A DNA stretch of 63,993 bases, counting the filler, from Stramenopiles sp. TOSAG23-2 (taxonomy: Eukaryota): assembly GCA_900128395.1 (NCBI GenBank). It is 7 parts of 7 records of this genome, joined end to end, with 100 filler letters (N's around TTAATTAATTAA, not from the genome) between each part and the next. Parts side by side here need not be neighbours in the genome. Positions count along the whole stretch, not along the records: positions 18,641 to 27,844 come from LT650117.1; positions 27,945 to 37,113 come from LT650119.1; 5 more parts are not named here. One strand, 5' to 3'. Numbering within the stretch: the stretch's first letter is position 1; each line of letters starts with the position of its first letter. The notes under the pieces are model-generated. The model did no database searches. It saw nothing but the letters and a program-made list of their open reading frames with translations, and was not told the DNA's origin. Below, piece by piece: positions 24,601 to 35,369 of the stretch. The translations under genes were made by a program, and so were the position numbers.

Positions 24601-24911
24601 TAGTCGATCAGGGGAAGATCGAGAATCAAACCCCTTTCCGATATTTTACAAAAAAAATAAGTGCAATATTAGTATACTGTAATTTTAACTACTTGATAGG
24701 AAATCGACAAAAAAATGTAAAAAATGGAACAAATATTGTACTTTTTTGGTTCGAAATTTTATTCTATCAAATTTGTTGCATTTTTTACATTTTTTTGTCG
24801 ATTTTCTATCAAGTAGTTAAAATTACAGTATAGTAATATTGTACTTAGGTTTTTTTTTTTTTTTGTAAAATCGGAGGGGGGTTTGATTCCAGATCTTCCT
24901 CTGATCGACTG
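24601..24911. mobile_element. MITE / foldback element with ~135-bp imperfect terminal inverted repeats and TA flanks (Tc1/mariner-pogo-like)
   Basis: Left arm TAGTCGATCAGGGGAAGATC...GGAACAAAT (24601-24734) pairs with right arm ATTTGTTGC...GATCTTCCTCTGATCGACTG (24771-24911). TA at 24599-24600 and 24912-24913. Confidence 0.85.
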
Positions 24912-25194
24912 TAGGTCCTATACATTATAATTAATTCAATTAAAAACATGTAGACTTTTACTTTTCATTACTCTTTGCTGGTTTGGCATATATTGTTAAA
25001 TGTAAACTGGTACAAAGTTGTACAAAGTATTTATATTGTAAACATTATTATTATTATTATTTCAATTTTATTTAGCGAGATTGGTTTTTATTACTCTAAT
25101 TATTATAACAAACAGCAATTATTTTTTATTAAGTTACACTAGCGATGCACTAGTAATATAATCATTTTCACTTTTTTTACAATATTGAATAACA

Positions 25195-27633
25195 ATGGAA
25201 ATGATTGCCCCTGCCTCTGCATCCAAGGTCCATGATTTTATCATTGATGCTGTAGAAAGATATTTAGAAGTTGTGCGAAGTGACCGAGTCAATTCATATT
25301 TTGATGTTATCATTTTGACTGCCACGGATGAAAAGCAAAAGATATTATATGAACATTTTGTTCGTCAACGTGTTGGGCTTCGTCAAATACCACGCTCAGC
25401 AAAAGTCATTGTAATTGCTGACCCACCACCCACAACTCATAGAGTGGGGAATGGTGGAGCTGTCTTGAACTGTTTACGTGTGTTAAAAAAAATGGGATTA
25501 AACTGGAATGAAAAACGCATATTATTAATTTTGTCAGGTGGGTATAGCAAACGCTCCCCTAATTTGGCAGCTGCTGGAAAAGCATTTGCACCAATACCGT
25601 ATAATTTGCCTTTGGGATGCCCTGTGCCAACGATTGTCGACTTGAAATTAGCATTGTTACTGCCGTATGGAAGCAAAACAAGTCCAGCTGGGATTTATGT
25701 CGCTGCTGGAGATGTATATGACGTTATGGATGGACGTAATTTTCCTGTATCATCAACTGGCATAACTGGGTTTGCTCATCTTGATACTTGTGAATATGGA
25801 AGTAATCATGGTGTTTTTGAAATATTGTGTACTACTACTGCTACTACTACAACCACTAGCACTTATTTAAAAACGGTTGCAAATTATCATCAAAAGGAAA
25901 AAGTGGAAAATCTTCAAAGAATTGCGAATACAAATCAATGTGTTCTGACCGATGGAGATTTTTTCATGGCAAGCGATGTCTGTGAAGCATTGTACCAAAC
26001 AACAGCATCCTGTGCCCTTCCATTGCCAGGAGGTGAACTTTGCTCTTGGACACATTTTTTTGATGCTTGCATACCATTTGATGTGCAAAGAAATAAGCGG
26101 AAAGATATTGAATTGATGTATGTTGCACTGAATAAATTTCAACTTTTTGCTTTGGATGTAACATCAGACCCTTCGCATTTTTTTTCGCATGTTGGGACTA
26201 TGCCTGAATATTTGGACTTGTTTATTTCTGCAAATGTCAATTTGATAGGATCTGTATTAAAAGGAAGTACTACTTGTCCAAAAACCTCCCTAGTAGAATA
26301 TAGCAATCTTTGCGATTGCATTATAGGTGAACGTGCCATAGTCAGCGGTGTTGTTGCATCCAAACGCAATTTTCCCCAGGATACAATAACACTAGGGTTG
26401 CACTATAATAAAAATGACATTGAAGAATATGTTCTTTTTCAATATCCATTGAAAGAGGATATGAAATCCAAGTTCGCTTCGCAAAGTGCCATTAACAACC
26501 CGATAACAATAGCAGAGGCATTAATGTTCAAATCTGTGCATCCAACGCTGGCCAGTTTCTCGGTCGCGTTTGATACAAAAGCAGTCATTGTGGCAGCTGC
26601 CAAACAATTGACTCGTCCTATCATCCTTCCTGAGCCAGAAAAAACAAAAGACTGGAACAAGATGCGTCCAATAGAAATCAATCTGCCGGTGAGGCTTATC
26701 CTTGCAGGTGGATGGAGTGATACACCCCCTATGTCTCTTGTGCATGGCGGTGCCGTCTTTAATATAGCTGTCAAAGTAAACGGGGAGTTGCCCCTTCGAA
26801 TTCTGGTACAAGGTGCAGATTCTTGGTATTTTGAATGCGACGGCGAATCGTCAAACAGTTTAACAATTGAACCAAATGATCCATGTGCATTGATTAAGGC
26901 TTGCTTGAATATTTTAGGCCCACAATTTACCATACGACCTTTGAAAATTATCACACGGAGCAATGTCCCAAATGGAAGCGGGCTTGGAACGTCCAGTATT
27001 TTAATGCTGGGCGTCTTGCGAGCCGTGCTCCAAGTGTACGAATTGTCGTTTTCCCTCGATGAGGAAAGTGACCTTGTATTGGCCACGGAACAAGCGCTTG
27101 GAAGTGGTGGCGGATGGCAAGATCAAATCGGAGGGGGTATTTCAGGAGCAAAGTTTGTATCAGGTAACACAGGAGGGAATTTAACAGTTGTGCCGATACC
27201 AATTAAATCAAATGTCCGATTCTTATGTTTGAATTCACAAATCAGGCGACGAGCCAAAGTTGTGTTAGACCGGGTAGTAGAAGGTTATAAAGAAGGTCGT
27301 AATGTTGATGTATTTGCCATTGATTTGCCTGAAAATGCAAGGAAAATGAAAGAGGCGTTTGAGTCTGGGGATCTAGAGGCCGCTGGACAAGAATTAGGTA
27401 GATATCGAGATTTGTGCAACACTTTGGCACCAAACTTTCTGCCTCAGGAATTAGAGCCAATAATGGCATACTGCGCAAAGTTTTGTTACGGTGAAGGGGT
27501 TAATTTAATGGGCGCTGGAGCAGGTGGTTTTATCGTTGGTTTTTTAAAGAAAGATTTTAATCTTGCAGGAGCTATTAAAATTGCTAATGAAGTTGGTGTG
27601 GATGTTGAAATATCCGAACTAAGCATTGCTTAA
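25195..27633 (+). CDS. FKGP: Bifunctional L-fucokinase / GDP-L-fucose pyrophosphorylase (salvage pathway)
   Basis: N-terminal pyrophosphorylase: IADPP..RVGNGGA, LLILSGGYSKRSP, GSNHGVF. C-terminal GHMP kinase: PVRLILAGGWSDTPP, PNGSGLGTSS, GGGWQDQIGG, GAGAGGF. Confidence 0.92.
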   Translation: MEMIAPASASKVHDFIIDAVERYLEVVRSDRVNSYFDVIILTATDEKQKILYEHFVRQRVGLRQIPRSAKVIVIADPPPTTHRVGNGGAVLNCLRVLKKMGLNWNEKRILLILSGGYSKRSPNLAAAGKAFAPIPYNLPLGCPVPTIVDLKLALLLPYGSKTSPAGIYVAAGDVYDVMDGRNFPVSSTGITGFAHLDTCEYGSNHGVFEILCTTTATTTTTSTYLKTVANYHQKEKVENLQRIANTNQCVLTDGDFFMASDVCEALYQTTASCALPLPGGELCSWTHFFDACIPFDVQRNKRKDIELMYVALNKFQLFALDVTSDPSHFFSHVGTMPEYLDLFISANVNLIGSVLKGSTTCPKTSLVEYSNLCDCIIGERAIVSGVVASKRNFPQDTITLGLHYNKNDIEEYVLFQYPLKEDMKSKFASQSAINNPITIAEALMFKSVHPTLASFSVAFDTKAVIVAAAKQLTRPIILPEPEKTKDWNKMRPIEINLPVRLILAGGWSDTPPMSLVHGGAVFNIAVKVNGELPLRILVQGADSWYFECDGESSNSLTIEPNDPCALIKACLNILGPQFTIRPLKIITRSNVPNGSGLGTSSILMLGVLRAVLQVYELSFSLDEESDLVLATEQALGSGGGWQDQIGGGISGAKFVSGNTGGNLTVVPIPIKSNVRFLCLNSQIRRRAKVVLDRVVEGYKEGRNVDVFAIDLPENARKMKEAFESGDLEAAGQELGRYRDLCNTLAPNFLPQELEPIMAYCAKFCYGEGVNLMGAGAGGFIVGFLKKDFNLAGAIKIANEVGVDVEISELSIA

Positions 27634-27844
27634 AAAGAAAGAGATAAGAAATTACGCTTCGTAGCATGTACTAAAATAATGATTTAATACGAGTCGTACC
27701 AAATATTTATTCAATCTCATGCATATATAAATTATTTATATGAAACAAATAAAAATACGAGTATAATTTTAATACGAGTAATAACTCAAATCTTTGCCGC
27801 CATCATACTTTTCTTCATTAAAAATTGAATTTTTCTTTCTTTAT

Positions 27845-27944
27845 NNNNNNNNNNNNNNNNNNNNNNNNNNNNNNNNNNNNNNNNNNNNTTAATTAATTAA
27901 NNNNNNNNNNNNNNNNNNNNNNNNNNNNNNNNNNNNNNNNNNNN
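27845..27944. other. Artificial contig-joining linker
   Basis: N44-TTAATTAATTAA-N44. Confidence 0.99.
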
Positions 27945-28264
27945 AGCACCAAAATCAGCTAACTTGACTATTCCAGCTTCGTTTACCAAAACATTTGCCG
28001 GTTTTATGTCACGATGAATTATATTTTTTTCATGTAAATAAATCAATCCAGACACCATTTGTCTTGTATAATTTTGTGTCATGGATTCGGAAAAATTACC
28101 ATATTTTTTCAATAACGTTAACAATGATCCTTGTGGCATCAATTCAGTAAAAATATGTATAACGCAATTATTCGTATCAGGTGGTATTTCTGCACCAAAA
28201 TATTGTACAATATGCGGATATTTTGTAGATTTTGTGGTAAATTCAATGACGCACCAGCACCCAT
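27945..28264 (-). pseudogene. STE11/MAP3K-like kinase fragment (subdomains IV-VII); N-lobe missing, 3' end cut by the contig edge
   Basis: One frame reads [11 protein letters not shown]...[13 protein letters not shown]...[19 protein letters not shown]...VKLADFG. An MGAGAS start at 28264 is in another frame. No Gly loop or VAIK motif lies upstream. Confidence 0.7.
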
Positions 28265-28852
28265 GATATGGCTAAATCTTCGTTTTCTTTCTCGTTCTTT
28301 ATATCTGTCTATGTATTTATATATTAGATATGTTTACTTCTCATGTTCCATTTAGATACATTTACATATAATTATACAGTACATATATATATTTAAAAAT
28401 GCACAAGATTTGGCACATAAAATATGTAACAGCTTTTCGTGTGCCAGTGAGTGTGCTTTCGTTTTTTTACATGTTTTTTCACTTTTTTTCTCCGGCAAAA
28501 AATACCTTACCGTGGACATCTTCTAGATTTGTACTTAATTACACATCATTCGTAGTGTGTACCAGGTATATTGAGGCTGTTTGGGAATTATTTCTGACTT
28601 CTTTTTGCTTTTTCATTATTTTTTCCCACATTTTGGTATTGTTATTAATTAATACATAGTATTTGACACCTATCTAATTTGTGCTTATCCAGTTTTCGAT
28701 ACAAAAACTGGTACTGGTGTGGCAAAAAAACCCCCTCCTCATCATCAAAAAACAAAAAATGCACACACATATTTATCAGAGAGAGATGATACATGTGATA
28801 AATGTGAAAGAGAGAGAGACAGATAAGTATATACAAAAATAAAAAAAAAACA

Positions 28853-29920
28853 ATGAATAACATCATAAATTATTTAAAACAAAATAAAAATATTTATTAC
28901 CCAATTGCTACTTTGACCTTCGGGTATCTTCTATATAATCGGTATCAAAATTGGAATATTAAACGTAAAACATTAAAGCCAAAAAATTATAAGGCAGATA
29001 AAAAAAATAATACTGAATATATAACATTAAGAAATGGATATAAAACCTTTTATCGTATATTCAATAAACATAACTTTAATAAAATGCCTACTTTATTATT
29101 GGTTCATGGTTTTGTAGGCTCATCAGAATATTTCTTACCTTTAATCAATGAAATAAAGAAAAATGGCAGGCCATGTATCGCAATTGATTTGTATGGACGT
29201 GGAGGTTCAGATTGCCCAGATTTGGCGTATTCGCCTGAAAATATGCGAAAGCAAATTGAAGAATTTATTATCATGTTGAATGTACCAACTCCATTTGATA
29301 TACTTGGTTATTCCATGGGTGGAGCTGTTGTTGCGGAATTTGCGTCGCAAAATTTACATTTAGTTCGTTCAGCAGTATTTTTATGTCCAATGGGGTTGAA
29401 ACCTGTTACATCATCATTTATTCCACCATTATTGTATTTATTAAATTCATTAAGTAAAATTGTAGCTGGAAATTATTTTGATTGCTACCTAGGTGAATTG
29501 GTAGTTGATTATGTATTAATGAAAGGATTTCGAAGTAAAAAAGGTATTGCAAATCAATGGGATGATACATCATCAAAAAGATACAAAGATTATGAGAAGC
29601 ATACATTACTTCGAAATAAAAATGAGAAGCATACATTATTTCGATCTGTATGCTCATTGGTAATGCATTTTAATCTGTGGGCGAATATGCAAAAACGATT
29701 GATTCAACTCCAAGGGGAAAAAATTCCTGTCTTATGCTTATGGGGCGATAAAGATACAATATTACCGATGGAAACAAATCAATTTCAAGAATTAATACCA
29801 CATGCCAAAGTTCAAATATACGAAGGTTTTACACATATGTTCCCAATCGAATTTGCTGAAAAAGCAGCTGTATCAATACAACAGTTTTGGGATGAATCTT
29901 TAATGGCATCTATTCTTTGA
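28853..29920 (+). CDS. Alpha/beta hydrolase with an N-terminal membrane anchor
   Basis: LLLVHGF oxyanion motif, DLYGRGGSD, nucleophile elbow GYSMGG, LWGDKD acid, and a His in GFTHMF. Confidence 0.92.
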   Translation: MNNIINYLKQNKNIYYPIATLTFGYLLYNRYQNWNIKRKTLKPKNYKADKKNNTEYITLRNGYKTFYRIFNKHNFNKMPTLLLVHGFVGSSEYFLPLINEIKKNGRPCIAIDLYGRGGSDCPDLAYSPENMRKQIEEFIIMLNVPTPFDILGYSMGGAVVAEFASQNLHLVRSAVFLCPMGLKPVTSSFIPPLLYLLNSLSKIVAGNYFDCYLGELVVDYVLMKGFRSKKGIANQWDDTSSKRYKDYEKHTLLRNKNEKHTLFRSVCSLVMHFNLWANMQKRLIQLQGEKIPVLCLWGDKDTILPMETNQFQELIPHAKVQIYEGFTHMFPIEFAEKAAVSIQQFWDESLMASIL

Positions 29921-30283
29921 TATAAATAAAAGAACCAGCCGCCGCCAGGAGGTTTTTTTTTTTATTTTTTTATTAATCTAAGAATTAATCGCTTTTCTTC
30001 TTTATCTTACCAGGTATCTTTTCTTATCGTATCTCTGAGCTCTGAGGCGGGAAATCCACAGGTTAAGGTATTATATGTGATACGACAACAAATGTTTCAG
30101 CGAATACCAGATACCAGAGAACGAAAAGATACAACAACAAGATATATCGAAATTATATATTGATAGAAGTAATATCTCGTAGTACACAGACAACTTTTGT
30201 GTGTGTTTCATTTTTTAAACCACAACTACGTATATATATCACATATATTTTATATAACACAATATATACATTTCAACGACATC

Positions 30284-33200
30284 ATGTCTAGTATTATCAA
30301 TTATTTCGTTCTTGCAGTAGCAGCTTTATCGTTATTGCTTATCACGTGTAACAATGTACATGCTTCTGATACAATAAAACAACCACCTCATATCATTTAC
30401 ATTTTAGCAGATGACTTAGGTTACAATAATGTTGGCATTCAACAACAACGGCATAATACAGAGCAAAACACTTCTGAGGTAAAAACACCAACAATTGATG
30501 AGTTGACAAAAAGTGGTCTAGAGTTATCTAGAATGTATTCGTATAAATATTGTTCACCATCTCGCTCCTCATTTTTATCCGGGAGATTACCGATACACGT
30601 CACACAAAACAATAAAAATAATTTAGTAACAAACCCAGGAGGAGCAGATTTAAGAATGAAACTACTTCCAGAAGTATTAAAAGAACGCTTGAATTATAAA
30701 ACCCATATGGTAGGAAAATGGCATGTTGGTGCTAGATCGACATCGAATTTACCAATTAATCGCGGATTTGATTCACATTTTGGATTTTTAAAAGGTGGAG
30801 AAGATCATTTAAATCAACATTCAGGTGATGCGGGAATTACTTTTGTTGATTTATGGCGTGATCAAAAACCAGCGTTTAATGAAAATGGGACGTTTTCAAC
30901 AATTATATATACAAACGAGGCAGTTAAAATTATAAAGCAACATAGCCATCTTGAAAAAAATAAAGGTACAAAGCAACCGTTATTTATGTTTTTAGCGTAT
31001 CAAGCAACACATACACCATTAGAGGTTCCACCATCATGGAATGTAAAGCCTGTTCCTGATGATACAAAAACAAATGCACGTTCTCATATGAATGCATTAG
31101 TAGAAATTTTAGATTCAGGGGTAAAAAATGTAACTGATGCATTAAAAGAAACTGGAATGTGGGAAAACACTTTATTGATTTTTCAAGCTGATAATGGAGG
31201 ATGGGTAACAGATCCAAGTTTAGGTGGTAACAACTATCCTTTAAGAGGAGGAAAAGTGTCTGATTATGAAGGTGGTGTAAGAAATTTTGCGTTTATCAAT
31301 GGAGGATACATGCCAGATAATTTAAAATCTACCACCTTTTCCGGATTAATGCATATTTGCGATTGGTATGAAACGTTTCAAAACTTAGCGCCAAATTTCA
31401 ATGAAGAAGAAAAGAACAACCACGACCAAATCAACAATGATGTACCACCACTTGATTCCATCAATCAATGGAATTCATTACTTGTTCCAAATGGAGAAAT
31501 ATCAAAACGGCATGAAGTACCATTAGCGTTTTGCACACTTGAAGCACAATGTGATAGTCCAGGTGGTGTATTTCACAGTGTCGGCGATGCTGCGCTCATT
31601 GTTGGGAAATGGAAAATTATTAACGGGACACAAAATAAAATGGGTATATGGCAAGGTCCTTTATATCCAAATGCATCTAGTTTGCCAGCAAATGATGCTG
31701 TTGGTTGTCCAAATGGATGTTTATTTAATATATTTGAGGATCCAGGTGAACGTTTTGAGAAAAAGGAAGAATATCCCGATATATTTAAGAGACTTATGGA
31801 ACGATTAAAATATTACGGTACAACCGTTTATCAAACAAATTATACAGATGCAAAAACTTGTATTGGTGCATCTGAATCTTATAGAATGAATCATGGATTT
31901 TTGGCACCAAGATGTAGTACTGATAATAATGATGAAAATATTGTTAATGAGAATAAAATCGAACGTCTATCATTAGATACTGAACTTCCAAAACCATATG
32001 AATTAAGAACGGAATTTTTAAAAAGTGATTATTCTTTATCCTTGTCGACGTTTCATGCGCCTCGTTTCAGTTGGAAATTGCCACTGTTACCTGGAGATAA
32101 AAATAGAGGAAAAGATCAAGCAGCATATCGTATCATTGTGAGGGAGCGGTATAACACTGGTGTTATTGTATGGGATTCAAACATTGTAAGTTCGAATGCA
32201 TCAAATTTAGTAGAGTATAATGGTGATATGAACTTACTAGTTCCAGACAAATCTTATTCATGGACTGTACAATATTTTTATCAAAATAAAGAAAATGATG
32301 ATGATTTGATTCCATCTGGCATATCATCTACTTCTTCTTTTGATATTGGTTTGATGGTTGAAAAAGATTGGGAAAATGCAAAATGGATTGGTAATGAAAA
32401 CCATCGTTTGATACGTGTAAATGTATTGCCTTTGTCCACTAATATCGTACGTGCACGTGTGCATTTATCTGCGCCAGGTTGTGCTGTTTTAAGTGTAAAT
32501 GGGAAAACACATCCATTTAGTGCAGGAGGTGTCTGCCCATGGACAAATTTTAATAAAACTATTTATTACCAATCATATGACATTTTGAATATGTTGGTCT
32601 TTGAGAAAGATAAAAGTGCAAAAATGGAAAAACAAACCTTTGGATTTATGTTGGGCCATGGTATGTATTACAAATACGGTTTACCCGGAACGCATCCAAC
32701 AATAAAAGTAAAAATTGTGTTGGAGGATGACAAAGGAATGCGTACATTATGTGTTAGTGGTAGTAGCAGTAGTAGCAGCAGCAGAAACAACGCCAATTTA
32801 TGTCATTGGTATGGTACAGAAGGCCCTTATATTTCTGATGATCCATTTGATGGTACAGAAATAGATTGGAACCGTTTACCAGATCAATGGGATACACCAA
32901 TGTTTGATCCTCTTACACGTGGATGGTCATTAGTGCCAACATCATCAAATGTACCATCTAGTAGCGCATTAATTAAAGGAATGGCAATGCCTCCGACAAT
33001 TGATAAAAGAACCTACAAACCTCTTTCGGTAAAGTATTTCAAAAATGAATATGGTGGACCAGTATATGTTTATGATATTGGTACAAACATAGTTGGAACA
33101 TGTTCAATATTGCTGCATTACCAAAAAAAAATAAAAAAAGCTGCTGTAGATAAGGAATTTATGAAGGTAAATAATGCTGCTCCTACAATAGCTTTACGTC

Positions 33201-35011
33201 ATGGTGAAATGCTTTTAAACAATGGTTCTATAAATTTTAATTATTCAGGTCATTCTTCTGGCGTAAAAGCTACATTTCAAAAAGACTTGCATCATTTACC
33301 GACAAATATGAATGAAGGTGAAACAATTCGATTGAGATCTTCCTTCGTTTGGTTTGGTTTCCAATATATATCCGTAGAAATTTCAAATGGTGCAGAGGCA
33401 TATTTCGATGCAAAGGATCTTCAGAATTCAATTGAATGTTATCAAAAATATCCTGATTTTGATGTTAGTGGTGAGTTTTTTGCCAGTGATGATAAGGAAT
33501 CGAATGAAAGTGGTTCAAAATTAAATGCACTTCAAAAGATTATTACAACAAGTCAACTTGGTAACTTGGCAGATTATGCACCTACAGATTGTCCAACTCG
33601 AGAAAAGCATTTTTGGCTTGGTGATTCATTAAGCGTTGCAGAAGAAGCAATGTTAAATTACCATGTTCCAACATTGTTTAATAACTTTTTAAATATTATT
33701 GCCGATGAACAAGGAAATGCAAATGCGGTGACATATGAATGGGATTTTCCAGGAGTTGTTCCTGTATTAACTCATAAATCTTCTTTGTACTCCTCTAAAT
33801 CTATTGCAGGGCCAAATTCTTTTGGGATTACGGATATATCATGGACTGCGGCGTTTCCAATTATATTGAATTGGATGCATCGACATTATGGTGATGTGCA
33901 AATAGTTAAAGATTTGTATGGAAATGCAAAACAATATGTAGATGGTTTATCGAAAGAGGCTAATATATTGTTAAACTCAACATTACCCACATTTTTTATA
34001 TGGGGTGATTGGTGTTCAAATCAAAGTCGCGCTGTTGCTACTCCGGAAACCGGTCCGACTGCTTCAGCATTCAATTACATATTATCATTAGATGCAATGG
34101 CTGATATGGCAAGTGTCTTGGGTAAAGACAACGATTTTGAAAAATATAGCACATTAAGTAAATCATTACGTATTACCTGGGCTAAAACATTTTATAATTC
34201 AAATCATGGTTTATACGGCTATGAAGCTGAAGATGGTTTTGTATCTCAAACGTTGACATCAGCTTCATTTGTTATGAATAATGTTGTTCCAAATGGTGTG
34301 TCTTATGAAAATGTATTAAACAACTACCAGAAGGATATTATTGATATACGTAAAAACCACGTCACATTTGGTTCAGTTGGGGCAAAAAACTTTTTCCAAC
34401 AAACTTCTAAAAATTCAGGCCATGATATAGCGTTAAATGTTGCATTGCAAGATACTTATCCTTCATTTGGTTATTGGATAAAACAAGGTGCAACAAGTTG
34501 TTGGGAGGACTGGACCGGTTATGCAGATCCTACCCATCCTCCTCAACCTACCCATAATCATATATTTTTATGCGGTGGACTTGGAGAATGGTTGTATACC
34601 AATGTTGGTGGAATCGCATTACCTGAAGAAATTGCATTTAAGAAAATTTTAATTGCACCAAAAATTTCTGAACTTGTTGGTCCTGCATCAGTACGTACAA
34701 GTTTTAATTCTCCATATGGTTTAGTGAAAATGGAATGGAATCGAACACTTAGTGCTGGTGAGATTAAAGCACTAAGTATTTCTATAAATTTGCCTAAATA
34801 TGGTACGATAATTATTCCATTAAATAATAATAATAGGAAAGAAGAATATCAACTTATGGAGAGCGAACGTGTAATTTTTAAACATGGAAAGTTTATTGGA
34901 CCAAATATTATACCTGGCATTATGAATGTAGTTTATGATAATTCAAGTAATAGCTTGATTGTTGAATGTAGTAGAGGTATTTATATGTTTGATTTGTTAT
35001 CATCAGCTTAA
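30284..35011 (+). CDS. Secreted arylsulfatase (S1, ARSB-like) fused to GH78 alpha-L-rhamnosidase, ~1575 aa
   Basis: Signal peptide. Sulfatase motifs ILADDLG, CSPSR (FGly), GKWH, DNGG and PLRGGK. GH78 motifs PRFSW, YDIGTNIVG, GFQY, PTDCPTRE..WLGD, WGDW, GATSCWEDW and HNH. One uninterrupted ORF. Confidence 0.93.
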   Translation: MSSIINYFVLAVAALSLLLITCNNVHASDTIKQPPHIIYILADDLGYNNVGIQQQRHNTEQNTSEVKTPTIDELTKSGLELSRMYSYKYCSPSRSSFLSGRLPIHVTQNNKNNLVTNPGGADLRMKLLPEVLKERLNYKTHMVGKWHVGARSTSNLPINRGFDSHFGFLKGGEDHLNQHSGDAGITFVDLWRDQKPAFNENGTFSTIIYTNEAVKIIKQHSHLEKNKGTKQPLFMFLAYQATHTPLEVPPSWNVKPVPDDTKTNARSHMNALVEILDSGVKNVTDALKETGMWENTLLIFQADNGGWVTDPSLGGNNYPLRGGKVSDYEGGVRNFAFINGGYMPDNLKSTTFSGLMHICDWYETFQNLAPNFNEEEKNNHDQINNDVPPLDSINQWNSLLVPNGEISKRHEVPLAFCTLEAQCDSPGGVFHSVGDAALIVGKWKIINGTQNKMGIWQGPLYPNASSLPANDAVGCPNGCLFNIFEDPGERFEKKEEYPDIFKRLMERLKYYGTTVYQTNYTDAKTCIGASESYRMNHGFLAPRCSTDNNDENIVNENKIERLSLDTELPKPYELRTEFLKSDYSLSLSTFHAPRFSWKLPLLPGDKNRGKDQAAYRIIVRERYNTGVIVWDSNIVSSNASNLVEYNGDMNLLVPDKSYSWTVQYFYQNKENDDDLIPSGISSTSSFDIGLMVEKDWENAKWIGNENHRLIRVNVLPLSTNIVRARVHLSAPGCAVLSVNGKTHPFSAGGVCPWTNFNKTIYYQSYDILNMLVFEKDKSAKMEKQTFGFMLGHGMYYKYGLPGTHPTIKVKIVLEDDKGMRTLCVSGSSSSSSSRNNANLCHWYGTEGPYISDDPFDGTEIDWNRLPDQWDTPMFDPLTRGWSLVPTSSNVPSSSALIKGMAMPPTIDKRTYKPLSVKYFKNEYGGPVYVYDIGTNIVGTCSILLHYQKKIKKAAVDKEFMKVNNAAPTIALRHGEMLLNNGSINFNYSGHSSGVKATFQKDLHHLPTNMNEGETIRLRSSFVWFGFQYISVEISNGAEAYFDAKDLQNSIECYQKYPDFDVSGEFFASDDKESNESGSKLNALQKIITTSQLGNLADYAPTDCPTREKHFWLGDSLSVAEEAMLNYHVPTLFNNFLNIIADEQGNANAVTYEWDFPGVVPVLTHKSSLYSSKSIAGPNSFGITDISWTAAFPIILNWMHRHYGDVQIVKDLYGNAKQYVDGLSKEANILLNSTLPTFFIWGDWCSNQSRAVATPETGPTASAFNYILSLDAMADMASVLGKDNDFEKYSTLSKSLRITWAKTFYNSNHGLYGYEAEDGFVSQTLTSASFVMNNVVPNGVSYENVLNNYQKDIIDIRKNHVTFGSVGAKNFFQQTSKNSGHDIALNVALQDTYPSFGYWIKQGATSCWEDWTGYADPTHPPQPTHNHIFLCGGLGEWLYTNVGGIALPEEIAFKKILIAPKISELVGPASVRTSFNSPYGLVKMEWNRTLSAGEIKALSISINLPKYGTIIIPLNNNNRKEEYQLMESERVIFKHGKFIGPNIIPGIMNVVYDNSSNSLIVECSRGIYMFDLLSSA

Positions 35012-35369
35012 TATAACAAAATAAAAAAAAAGAATGTCAACGGGGGTGGTGAAGCTTACTGTGTAATAAAAATACGAGGTAGACAAAGATTAAAAGAATA
35101 TGATAATAAAAACTAGGTACGAAGTCGTATACACGAAAAGTCGTATGATACACAAGTATTTTTTTTATAAAATAAATAATATAAAAATATGTATTAAATT
35201 ATATATCATATACACTATGTTTATTTTTATAAATAAAAAATACCAGAAATAAAAAAACAAAATTTATTTTTTATTAATATATAAATAACATATGATACTC
35301 GTATATACGAGTCGTATATTATAATAATTGTTAATATGCACACCAGCACACACACACACAAATAAACAA

